From Candidatus Cloacimonadales bacterium (GTDB taxonomy: Bacteria; Cloacimonadota; Cloacimonadia; Cloacimonadales; JAFGVF01), in assembly GCA_963677495.2 (NCBI GenBank), contig CAXXOU010000004.1, forward strand, positions 864,001 through 928,000: a stretch of 64,000 nt of DNA, written 5' to 3'. Under the pieces are notes generated by a model, which saw nothing but the letters and a program-made list of their open reading frames with translations, did no database searches and was not told where the DNA came from. The position numbers and the translations under genes were made by a program. This document shows positions 40,697 to 50,751 of the stretch, in pieces (positions within the stretch are counted from its first letter, which is position 1; each line of letters begins with the position of its first letter).

Positions 40697-41497
40697 TTAT
40701 TTTTGACATATTTGACAATAAAAGGTCGATCTTCCGGCTTGTTTTATCCGAACAATTGGATGACCTTTCGGGCAAACTTCTTTTTGATAGACTCTTAAGA
40801 AATTTTGGAAAGAACCAGATTTGTCGTCAACATTCCTAAAATCTGATATCGTTGTACCATTGTGTAGAAGCGCTTCCGTAATAACTTCTTTCGTATATTC
40901 AACAACACGGTCTATTTGCGATCTAGTCAATTTATTTCCTTCAAGAGTAGGGGAGACTTTAGCTCGATATAGTAACTCACATACATAGATATTACCTAAA
41001 CCTGCAACAACATCCTGTCGAAGTAATACATTCTTGATTGGTGCTTTTAACCTTTTTAGCTGTAACTTTAGATACTTTGCGTTAAACTCATCAGATAAAG
41101 GTTCCGGCCCCAACTTCAAAATCGATGGATCTGTTTCATCTTTTGGATAGATCTTTATAGATCCGAAAGTTCTAATATCTTCAAACTGAAGTAATGTCCC
41201 ATCATTAAATCTTATGATAGCTCTTGTATGAGGGGTTAAACTCTCATTATGTACAAATACTAGTTTTCCGGTCATTCTTAAATGGATAACCATACTAAAA
41301 CTGTTTGAGAGTGAGATAATTATATACTTACCTCTACGTGATATATTGTCAATTTTTACAGGTTCTCCAATAAAGTCCTGATTCACAAAATAATCGACTG
41401 TATTTGCTCTTAATTCAACAATTTCTGATATCTGTTTATCAATTACATAGTCTTTTAGACCATTAACAATTGTATTTACTTCCGGTAGTTCCGGCAT
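40697..41497 (-). CDS. mutM: Formamidopyrimidine-DNA glycosylase
   Basis: N-terminal MPELPEV, RRGKY, HLRMTG, AGLGNIY, GRSTFYC..CQ. Confidence 0.96.
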   Translation of the reverse strand: MPELPEVNTIVNGLKDYVIDKQISEIVELRANTVDYFVNQDFIGEPVKIDNISRRGKYIIISLSNSFSMVIHLRMTGKLVFVHNESLTPHTRAIIRFNDGTLLQFEDIRTFGSIKIYPKDETDPSILKLGPEPLSDEFNAKYLKLQLKRLKAPIKNVLLRQDVVAGLGNIYVCELLYRAKVSPTLEGNKLTRSQIDRVVEYTKEVITEALLHNGTTISDFRNVDDKSGSFQNFLRVYQKEVCPKGHPIVRIKQAGRSTFYCQICQK

Positions 41498-41584
41498 CAA
41501 TTCTCCTGTTTTTTAGTTAAGATAAACAAACATTGATACTATGCCAATAGTAATATAGCATTTTTACATATATTTAAGTATTAA

Positions 41585-42604
41585 TCATCTCATGCAAATA
41601 TTGTACATCAAAGTTGTTAATAATATGTTTGACTTTGTGCTAATAGATTTAAGCTTTTTGTCGCAATCATACATTAGTGATAAAGCAGTTTTTATTTCAG
41701 TAGCACTATATCGATTCGCAGCATTAATCCTATCATTTCGAAACAATTTGTACACTTCATGCATATGATTTTCCATGATTTCATTATCTGATAGGTTCTT
41801 AGCACGTAGTGCATGAACTTTCCACAATGTTAGAAAGTATCGGGAGATCATTGTAATAATCATCACTGCTGAGTCATTAAGGTTTTCAAAGCTCTCAAGA
41901 ATCGAAACAGTTTGCCTTATATCTCTTCTACCTAAACTGTTTTGTAGATCGAAGACATTACTCTCATTTGAAATGGCAATACATTGCTTTACATCATTCA
42001 GAGTAATCATATTCTTCTTTCCGACATAAAGTAGTAGCTTTTCTAACTCATTATTAGCTGTGAAGTAATCCAGTTTAATGTGTGACGCTAGATACTGAAT
42101 TGCGGAAGAGTCAATACGCACCTGTTTATCTCTTAACTCATCTCTTATCCATCGAGCCAGACCGTCTGCATTATATGGTGTTTTACATTGTATAATAGTT
42201 GCATTAGCTTGAAACGCTTTGTATAATCTTGACCTTGCATCAATCTTTCGAGCAGTAACTATAAGAATAGTACTAAATGATGGTTCTTTTAGATAAGATA
42301 TAATAGATTCATGTTGATTAGTTTTTACCAGATCTATTTCCCGCACAACCACGACTCTGTTTTCAGCAATAAACGGCATTGTATCTGCTTGCTCTACAAT
42401 TTCAGAACCGGTGCACTCATCACCATGCAGAGTTACATAATCAAATTCCAAAGCTTGTTTAGTGAGGAATCTGTTCATAATCATTTTCATTATCCGCTCT
42501 TTAAGAAACTCCTCATCACCGGAAACTAGATATACTGATTGTGGTTCCGATTTTGGAAACTCACGAGTAAACTGATAGTGTGGTACTGCTTTTTTGCTAG
42601 CCAT
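41585..42604 (-). CDS. holA: DNA polymerase III delta subunit
   Basis: VYLVSGDEEFL, TMPF...RVVVV, NELEKLLLY, D.KLKS. Confidence 0.88.
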   Translation of the reverse strand: MASKKAVPHYQFTREFPKSEPQSVYLVSGDEEFLKERIMKMIMNRFLTKQALEFDYVTLHGDECTGSEIVEQADTMPFIAENRVVVVREIDLVKTNQHESIISYLKEPSFSTILIVTARKIDARSRLYKAFQANATIIQCKTPYNADGLARWIRDELRDKQVRIDSSAIQYLASHIKLDYFTANNELEKLLLYVGKKNMITLNDVKQCIAISNESNVFDLQNSLGRRDIRQTVSILESFENLNDSAVMIITMISRYFLTLWKVHALRAKNLSDNEIMENHMHEVYKLFRNDRINAANRYSATEIKTALSLMYDCDKKLKSISTKSNILLTTLMYNICMR

Positions 42605-43416
42605 TAGAAACCTGAAAGTACGAGTATTACGCTAACTAATGAAATTAACCAGCAATAATATGCAAAATATTTTAACTTACGCTTTCTTATTAGATTTAGA
42701 AGCATTGAGATAACAAGGTACCCACTAACAAAAGCACCAAGTCCACCAATTGAATAGCTCATAAGCATTGATTGGTCCAGTTGTAAAAATGCATCAAGGT
42801 TAAGAACAGCAGCACCTAAGATGGCTGGTATACTTAATAAGAATGAGAATCTTGCAGCTTCTGATCTCTTAACACCAATAAATAATGAGGTTGCAATAGT
42901 AGAACCAGATCTGGATATACCGGGTAAAATTGCCATTGATTGACTCAAACCTATAACGATTGCACGCCAAAATCCCATATCTGCTGTGTGGATATGGTCA
43001 AACCTAATTGTATCAGAGAGAAATATAATCAAACCGGTAACACTTAGAAGTCCTGCTACAATAACAGGTTTACTAAACATCTCTTCAAAGAAATCCTTAA
43101 AGAGAAAGCCAATTACACCAGTCACAACTGTACTTATAATCAAATAGAAAACGATCTTTCGATTGTTGACCTGTCTCTCAGGAAACTTTTCATTCTTAAT
43201 TGGAAAGAACGCCTGTGCCAACTCGAAGATATCTTTATAGAAGTATAGAATTACTGCAAGTAATGAACCAAGATGTAGAAATACTTCGAAAGAAGTATCA
43301 ATTGAGTTGATACCTAAGAAATGTTGTCCGAGAACCAGATGTCCTGAACTTGATATAGGGAGGAACTCAGTCAAGCCTTGTATTATCCCTAATAACAGTG
43401 ATTGCAATATATTCAT
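42604..43416 (-). CDS. uppP: Undecaprenyl-diphosphate phosphatase
   Basis: GIIQGLTEFLPISSSGHL, PGISRSGST, FSFLLSIPA. Confidence 0.96.
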   Translation of the reverse strand: MNILQSLLLGIIQGLTEFLPISSSGHLVLGQHFLGINSIDTSFEVFLHLGSLLAVILYFYKDIFELAQAFFPIKNEKFPERQVNNRKIVFYLIISTVVTGVIGFLFKDFFEEMFSKPVIVAGLLSVTGLIIFLSDTIRFDHIHTADMGFWRAIVIGLSQSMAILPGISRSGSTIATSLFIGVKRSEAARFSFLLSIPAILGAAVLNLDAFLQLDQSMLMSYSIGGLGAFVSGYLVISMLLNLIRKRKLKYFAYYCWLISLVSVILVLSGF

Positions 43417-43427
43417 TAAAAGCCCTT

Positions 43428-44702
43428 TTATAGTTTTGGTGACTGCATCGATTTTAAATCAGAAAGCCTATACAATGGATACCCATTCTTCGATGCGGTT
43501 ATTATGAATTTATTTAGATTAATCAAATCTTGTTTAGTTTTACAGTGATAATAGTATATTATTGATTTGGAACTATTGGAATTCAATGCTGTTATTATAT
43601 TAAAGCGTGCACCACTGGAACCAATTTTGCCATCTAGTGAATTCTCTTTCTCGAAGTACATCACATCCTTTTCAGCAGAAACAATTTCACTGACAGATTT
43701 AGAGGTTGTCTTTGCATCGATAAAATACATACCCTCTTTTCTAATGCAATCCAGCAGAGTTTCAATTATCTCGCGTTTTGCTGTAGCATGACTACCCATA
43801 TAGTTTGTTGCTCCAACACAGTCGGGGAGAAGTTGCATATAATCTTTAAACTTAGATTTAATCTCTCGTTTAGAGTCACTTACGAGTATAGAGTTTTTCC
43901 CGGCTTTGTATGGGTAACGACCAAGTGGTTCCATGGGCATTCTAATCAGACAAGGGAATCCGGCTTTACTGATTGCTTCATAATGCTGATGAGCAAACTT
44001 CTTTTCCGGTAAAAATGCTACCTGGAGATTCTTATTCATTGGAAGTAAACTCTTAACCATCTCAGCTTTTACATCCTCACCAAAAGTTGCCACTACTGCA
44101 ATTTTTGTTTTACCAGATGCCTGTTTCTCCAAAAATAGTACTAACGAGTGTTGCTTCTCATATCCTGACTTCGAGAATATAAGCTTCTGAGCCTGATACT
44201 TAACTCTGCGTTTGTAGAAGTAAGTCTCTACTCCGTTTACCATCTTGAAACCCTCTTTCTGCATTCTTCCCTTATAGAATATATTACAGAAGTAGAGATC
44301 CTCATTTTGTGCCGGTATCGGTATAAAATATTTTACTTCATTATCGGTTTTCTTAAACCAGATCTTCTCATTATCAACTGATATAGCTTTAGATAGCTTC
44401 TTAATTAAAGCAAGGACTTTCTCATCTTCACTAAGCTCTACTTTCGGTTTATCAAGCTCCGGTTTAGTTGGTTCAGTTTTCTGCTTTTCAACTCTTTTCT
44501 CCTTCTGTTGAGGGGCTGGAGTTGTTATATTTGAATCCTCTTTCTTAGGAGATGATTTAATTATGAAATTAATCAGATAGAACAATCCAACGATTACTGC
44601 TATAAGAAGTATAATCCTAATAATTGAAGCTAGTAATCCACCTTGTTTTTTCTTCTTAATACCTGATTTCTTTTTCTTTGTGCTCTTCTTTTTTTGCGGC
44701 AT
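43428..44702 (-). CDS. Membrane-anchored divergent polysaccharide deacetylase (YibQ-like) domain protein
   Basis: Basic N-terminus + TM; PMEP, GATNYMGS..T, YFIDAKT motifs (ORF track start 44717). Confidence 0.7.
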   Translation of the reverse strand: MPQKKKSTKKKKSGIKKKKQGGLLASIIRIILLIAVIVGLFYLINFIIKSSPKKEDSNITTPAPQQKEKRVEKQKTEPTKPELDKPKVELSEDEKVLALIKKLSKAISVDNEKIWFKKTDNEVKYFIPIPAQNEDLYFCNIFYKGRMQKEGFKMVNGVETYFYKRRVKYQAQKLIFSKSGYEKQHSLVLFLEKQASGKTKIAVVATFGEDVKAEMVKSLLPMNKNLQVAFLPEKKFAHQHYEAISKAGFPCLIRMPMEPLGRYPYKAGKNSILVSDSKREIKSKFKDYMQLLPDCVGATNYMGSHATAKREIIETLLDCIRKEGMYFIDAKTTSKSVSEIVSAEKDVMYFEKENSLDGKIGSSGARFNIITALNSNSSKSIIYYYHCKTKQDLINLNKFIITASKNGYPLYRLSDLKSMQSPKL

Positions 44703-44830
44703 TTTCCACCCGTTCATTTAAGTAAGTAACGAATATCTCATGAATGTTGGAAGTCAAGAATAAATCAGACTAATCTTGCTAGCTCCCCTTACATTTGATA
44801 ATAATATTATTGTATGGCACACCTCAACTG

Positions 44831-44994
44831 CTATTCTCCTTCATCTCCCGGCAGTAATAGATGCTTTTAGTTTGGTTGTAACTTACTAATAAATTGGTCA
44901 CTTCTTGGTAATTAGGCCAAGGATTGACCAAGTGTTTGCCAAGGGTTGACCAAGTGTTTCGCAGGAATTACTGCCGGGAGATGAAGGAGAATAG
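44831..44994. repeat. 28-bp perfect inverted repeat enclosing an 11-bp periodic TTGGT / CCAAG array
   Basis: CTATTCTCCTTCATCTCCCGGCAGTAAT 44831-44858 and its exact reverse complement 44967-44994; CCAAG at 44917,44928,44939,44950. Confidence 0.85.
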
Positions 44995-45035
44995 TAGAGG
45001 AGTTGTTGCATTACAAATAGTAGTATTGTAAGATT

Positions 45036-46987
45036 ATCAAATTAGCTCTGAAGGAGAGAATTTAAAATATATCTGAATGAGCAAATGCTTTGAAGCTCTG
45101 AAAGAGCGACTGTTTAATAGCCCCATGCCTTGGCATGGGGTCACTTATCCTATCACGATTCTTAGTCCTGTAGGGGCGTAAGACAATAACTTAATGTCTG
45201 TGATTTGGTGTTTAAGATTCCTACGCCCCTTCAGGGCTGAAATGTTTTCTGGGATTGTAACCACACGCCGAAGCGTGTGGCTAATGAACCTACGCTACTT
45301 CGTAGCTAAAACATTTGCTTTAATACCTACATAATGATACATTGTAACAATCAATTGATTCCTGCAAACAAACTTTTGTGCTAATCAAATTAGCTCTGAA
45401 GGAGAAAATTAAATTATATCTGAATGAGCAAACGCTTTGAAGCTCTGAAAGAGCGACCGTTTAATAGCCCCATGCCTTAGCATGGGGTCACTTATCCTAT
45501 CACGATTCTTAGCCCTGTAGGGGCGTAAGACAATAACTTAATGTCTGTGATTTGGTGTTTAAGATTCCTACGCCCCTTCAGGGCTGAAATGTTTTATGGG
45601 ATTGTAACCACATGCCGAAGCGTGTGGCTAATGAACCTACGCTACTTCGTAGCTAAATAAGATTTGGTTTAATACCAACATAATGTTACATGTAACAATC
45701 AATGGATTCCTGTAAACAAACCTGTTTTCTAAACAAATTAGCTCTGAAAAAGCGAACGTAAGATATATCTGAAAGAGCAAACACTTTAAAGCTCTGAAAG
45801 AGCGATTGTTTAATAGCCCCATGCCTTGGCATGGGGTTAAGTTTAAAAACAACATGTAGCCCTATATGGGCGAAAGATACACCAAACGATCTTATGTCGC
45901 GTTTAGATATTCCTACGCCCCTTCAGGGCTGAAATGTTTTCTGGGATTGTAACCACACGCCGAAGCGTGTGGCTAATGAACCTACGCTACTTCGTAGCTA
46001 AAACATTTGCTTTATTACCTACATATTGATACATTGTAACAATTAATTGATTCTGGTAAACAAACCTGTGTGCTAATCAAATTAGCTCTGAAAGAGCGAC
46101 CGTTTAATAGCCCCATGCCTTGGCATGGGGTCACTGTCTTACCACGATTTGTAGCCCTGGAAGGGCGTAACTTTAAGGTTGCAAAATACTTAAAATTTGT
46201 TATCATATTAAAAAGTCTGTAGGAGGATTAAATATGTCAACATTCACACAACTTATCTATCACATAGTTTTCTCAACAAAAAACAGAATGCGTTCATTGG
46301 AACTACAACATAAAGAAAGATTTCTTTCCTATATTTGTGGTGTAATTAAAAACGATAAATCCCATGTCTATCAAATCAATATGGTAGAAGATCATATCCA
46401 TATTTTGTGCTCTATTCACTGTCAAACCAATGTCTCTGAGTTTGTCAGACATATTAAGAATGCGACCAATACTTTCAACAAAAGAGAGAAGTTGTTTCCG
46501 ATGTTTGAGGGTTGGCAAAAAGGGTATGGAGCATTTACTGTGAACTGGAAAGAGAAACACCGTTTAGTTGAATATATCAAGAATCAGGAAGACCACCACA
46601 AGCGATATGACTTTATAACTGAGTATAAGCGAATGTTAAAGGATTTTGGTGTATGTTATGAGGAGAAGTATCTTTAATCCTACGCCCCTATAGGGCTAAA
46701 ATGCATTCTGGGATTGTAACCACACGCCGAAGCGTGTGGCTATTGAACATGCGCTACTTCGTAGCTAAAGTTTAGCTCTGAAAGAGCGATTGTTTATTAG
46801 CCCCATGCCTTGGCATGGGGTTAAGTTTCAAAACAGCATGTAGCCCTATATGGGCGAAAGATACACCAAAACAACCTTGTAGCTCGTTTGAATATTATTC
46901 CTGCGCCCCTTCAGGGCTGAATCTTTTTTTGGGATCGTTACCACACGCCAAAGCGTGTGGCTATTGAACCTACGCTACTACGTAGCT
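45036..46987. mobile_element. Five-unit tandem array of REP/REPIN-like hairpin cassettes containing an IS200-like transposase
   Basis: Left arms at 45094,45441,45790,46084,46774; right arms ending 45307,45654,45999,46766,46987; period about 345 bp. Confidence 0.85.
46234..46677 (+). CDS. tnpA: IS200/IS605-family HUH (Y1) transposase, RAYT-like
   Basis: YHIVFSTKNR, DHIHIL (HuH), WQKGYGAFTV, YIKNQEDHH (catalytic Tyr); AGGAGG RBS. Confidence 0.92.
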   Translation: MSTFTQLIYHIVFSTKNRMRSLELQHKERFLSYICGVIKNDKSHVYQINMVEDHIHILCSIHCQTNVSEFVRHIKNATNTFNKREKLFPMFEGWQKGYGAFTVNWKEKHRLVEYIKNQEDHHKRYDFITEYKRMLKDFGVCYEEKYL

Positions 46988-47095
46988 TAAAAAAAGCAAA
47001 TTCCAACACTGTTATATTATCTCTCGATTAAGAAAGGTAAGTTGTAGGCTTTATTGAAATAAGCTACAACCTTTCTCCTTGTTTCATCTTTCTTT

Positions 47096-47158
47096 TTACA
47101 TTCCTCATCTTGCATCTTGCATTTTACATTCCTCATCTTGCATCTTGCATTTTACATT
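47096..47158. repeat. 28-bp tandem duplication built of degenerate heptamers
   Basis: (TTACATTCCTCATCTTGCATCTTGCATT)x2 + TTACATT. Confidence 0.8.
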
Positions 47159-47175
47159 TGCCTTCCCCACATACG

Positions 47176-47292
47176 CCCATTCAATTAAAATACGACAAAT
47201 TTATAATAGTTATCCACAACTTGTGACTAACTTGATGCTTTGATCAAGAGAGTATCAAGAGAGTATCAGGTGAGTATCAAGAATTGAATGGG
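47176..47292. repeat. Dispersed intergenic element (copy 2) with 11-bp-spaced ATCAAG array
   Basis: CCCATTCAAT / ATTGAATGGG ends; TTATCCACA 47210-47218; ATCA(A/G)G at 47243,47254,47265,47276. Confidence 0.8.
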
Positions 47293-47396
47293 GATAAGAT
47301 GGGATGATGATATGAAAAATAATGCTTTATGTAAGAAAAAGCTTGCAATATAATTGTATTCTATATTAAAATTGCCTTAGATCTTAAGGAGGAACT

Positions 47397-48803
47397 ATGA
47401 AAAAGATAATTCTAATAATGGCAATAGCATTAGTGATAATCTCAATGTACGCTGTAGATTATCAAATAAACTGTAGGGATGACCTTGAATTAGTTGTTAT
47501 ACATGGTAGTGAGACAGATGCTGTCTTTCATCTGAATACTGATATTCAATTTGCTGAAAGGTTTAGCATCCCAATGCTTTGTGGGACTTTCGAAGGACAT
47601 AATTATACAATCAGAAATTTATACTCTCAAAACAGTGGTGATTCTCGCCTAGGATTCATTAATCACGTTAGTGGTGGTACTATTCGAGATTTAAACATGG
47701 TTGATGGATATTCCCATGGGTATAGTGCGATTGGACTACTCGGTGGATATGTTGAGAATAGCTATATAGAGAATTGTCATGTAGAAGGGTTAGTTAGTGG
47801 ATACGAAAGGAATAACTATAATGGTCATTATCCTGATGTAGATGATTATGAAGGCGGTCACTCTATTGGTGGTCTTATTGGTTCTCTAAGAGCTTCTACA
47901 ATTATTAACTGTAGCTCTGATGTAACAGCACTTGGATCTTATGATATTGGTGGATTAGTGGGAAAATCATTTTATAGTGATATCTACAATAGCTTCTCTG
48001 ATAGCTCAATACTCACCACACGAAACCGTAGAGTCGGAGGAGCATTTATAGGTATATTCAAATATGGAGAAGTACGTGATTGTTATTCTACTCTTACATT
48101 AATAGCTCCGCATGGAGAATATAACAGTAATCCAAGAAACTCTTTCATATATTCTATTGAAGACAGTAGTATTTACAATTGCTATGGTTTGATATCCCCT
48201 GACAGTCCAAGTGCTAGTTGCGACTATTTCATTGTTTACGCAAGTGATTTAAATGTAAGAAATTCCGTCCACACGAGGTTAGTTGGAACCAACTCAATCT
48301 ATTCTACACATGGAATTAATTCTTTTATCAATTTGGTTGGAGCACAAATAGATGAGATGCAAGATCTCACGACTTACCTAGACATAGGCTGGGATTTTGT
48401 TGATGAAGATATGAATGGTACAGATGATATCTGGTCAATAAATCCGGATATAAATGATGGGTTCCCTTATTTAACAGATCTTGAATATATGGTGCCTAAT
48501 CTGGAGAATATCAATCCATCAGTTGTTAGTACTATAAAGCTATTTAATGCATATCCAAATCCATTCCAAACTTCTACTGAAATTAGTTTCAAAGTGGATC
48601 AGATGGATGAAGCTACCATCGAAATATACAACATAAAAGGTCAGTTAGTTAAGTCTTATCCAACTTTCGGTAAGGGGAAACATCATATTTCCTGGGATGG
48701 ATTTAATACAAATAGAACGAGATGTACTTCGGGTGTTTACTTTTATCGATTGATTTCTAGTAATTCATCAATCACAAAGAAGATGGTTCTTCTAAAAGAA
48801 TAG
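47397..48803 (+). CDS. Secreted GLUG-like protein with C-terminal FlgD-Ig/T9SS-type sorting domain
   Basis: Signal peptide, IGGLIG/IGGLVG repeats, GWDF..E...DDIW.INPDINDGFPYL, AYPNPF...TKKMVLLK. Confidence 0.82.
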   Translation: MKKIILIMAIALVIISMYAVDYQINCRDDLELVVIHGSETDAVFHLNTDIQFAERFSIPMLCGTFEGHNYTIRNLYSQNSGDSRLGFINHVSGGTIRDLNMVDGYSHGYSAIGLLGGYVENSYIENCHVEGLVSGYERNNYNGHYPDVDDYEGGHSIGGLIGSLRASTIINCSSDVTALGSYDIGGLVGKSFYSDIYNSFSDSSILTTRNRRVGGAFIGIFKYGEVRDCYSTLTLIAPHGEYNSNPRNSFIYSIEDSSIYNCYGLISPDSPSASCDYFIVYASDLNVRNSVHTRLVGTNSIYSTHGINSFINLVGAQIDEMQDLTTYLDIGWDFVDEDMNGTDDIWSINPDINDGFPYLTDLEYMVPNLENINPSVVSTIKLFNAYPNPFQTSTEISFKVDQMDEATIEIYNIKGQLVKSYPTFGKGKHHISWDGFNTNRTRCTSGVYFYRLISSNSSITKKMVLLKE

Positions 48804-48876
48804 AAGGTAAACACATTCTAATTGACAAATAAGAGCATAACATCCTAATAACAACAAAAGAAAAATTAAGAGGTGA

Positions 48877-49713
<837 letters not shown>

Positions 49714-49716
49714 TTA

Positions 49717-49761
49717 ATAAGCTATAAGCTATAAGCTATAAGCTATAGGCTATAAGCTATA
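49717..49761. repeat. Heptamer tandem repeat (TAAGCTA) x6
   Basis: taagcta x4, taggcta, taagcta immediately after the kce stop. Confidence 0.9.
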
Positions 49762-49773
49762 AATTGAACAAAT

Positions 49774-49811
49774 ACCCACCTTGCTCAGATGAGTGGGTGG
49801 GTTTTGTTTTT
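49774..49811 (+). terminator. Probable terminator after kce
   Basis: ACCCACC...GGTGGGT followed by TTTGTTTTT. Confidence 0.6.
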
Positions 49812-49816
49812 AAAAG

Positions 49817-49869
49817 ACCCCTCACCCGACATCTGAGTGGATGTCGACCTCTCCCCAAAGGGGCGAGGT
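49817..49869. repeat. REP-like palindromic element
   Basis: CCCTCACCCGACATC-tgagtg-GATGTCG-ACCTCTCCCC-aaa-GGGGCGAGGT. Confidence 0.5.
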
Positions 49870-49890
49870 TTACAGTTTAAGGAGCAAGCT

Positions 49891-50739
49891 ATGAAGTATT
49901 TGATTGTAGGAGCAAATGGAGCATTGGCACAGTACTTTCTCAAAGATGAAAGATTCTCTGATAACGTCGCTTTAACACATGAAGAACTGGATATTACTGA
50001 TGATGAGATGATTGCTGATGCAATAGAAAAGCATAAACCGAATGTTGTTATTAACTGTGCAGCTTTATCTAATATACACGCTTGCGAAGAGAATCCAGGT
50101 TCCGCAATGCTGGTAAATTGTCTTGGACCAACCCTAATAGCAAAAGCAACAAAGGATAAGGGAATAAAGCTTGTACATTTTAGTACAGCCAGTGTTTTCA
50201 ATGGAAAGGGTGATGGACTTTTCTCAGAAAAAGATATTCCCCGTGCTGAGTATGCATATGCAAGTACAAAAGGGATGGGTGAAGCCGGTATAATGCTTGA
50301 AGGAGACAAGAAAGACCTAATAGTTAGAATCTCCTGGGTATTTGGTGTTACCAGCAAAAGCTTTGTATCAAGAATCCCGAAATTAGTTAAAAGCAATACT
50401 GAGCTCTACGTGAATAATGAACAGATTGCAAAAGCTACTTATGCTAAAGATGTTGTTGATGCTACCTTTAAGATGATTGAAACTGATAAGAAAGGTGTTT
50501 GGCACTTCACTAACTCCGGTGAAACCACACGTTATGAAATAACCGAGTTCGTTAGAAAAGAGTTTGGTATTGACGAATTAGAGGTATATCCTGTTAAGTG
50601 CGATTACTTTGTAGAGAAGATAAAGCAACCGAAGCGAAATGCTTTGGATATAACAAGATATGAAGAACGATTTGGAAAGGTTCGTTCCTGGCAAGATGCC
50701 TACAAAGAGTATTTGGAAGAATTAAAGACAACACAATAA
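49891..50739 (+). CDS. rfbD: dTDP-4-dehydrorhamnose reductase family protein
   Basis: IVGANG.L, ELDITD, VINCAA, YASTK, R.SWVFG; ATG 49891 after AAGGAG. Confidence 0.85.
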   Translation: MKYLIVGANGALAQYFLKDERFSDNVALTHEELDITDDEMIADAIEKHKPNVVINCAALSNIHACEENPGSAMLVNCLGPTLIAKATKDKGIKLVHFSTASVFNGKGDGLFSEKDIPRAEYAYASTKGMGEAGIMLEGDKKDLIVRISWVFGVTSKSFVSRIPKLVKSNTELYVNNEQIAKATYAKDVVDATFKMIETDKKGVWHFTNSGETTRYEITEFVRKEFGIDELEVYPVKCDYFVEKIKQPKRNALDITRYEERFGKVRSWQDAYKEYLEELKTTQ

Positions 50740-50751
50740 AGGTGGAAAGTA

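Noticed and set aside
45637..46206. Short minus-strand ORFs in the REP-like array
   Set aside because: Translations of repeat units (shared TPCQGMGLLN), not independent genes
45036..46987. CRISPR array
   Set aside because: Units are about 345 bp with duplicated inner sequences, not 25-45-bp repeats with unique spacers; no cas genes; better explained as tnpA-associated REP-like cassettes
49785..50396. 203-aa minus-strand ORF
   Set aside because: Antisense shadow of rfbD; the same applies to the many other short ORFs nested in long genes
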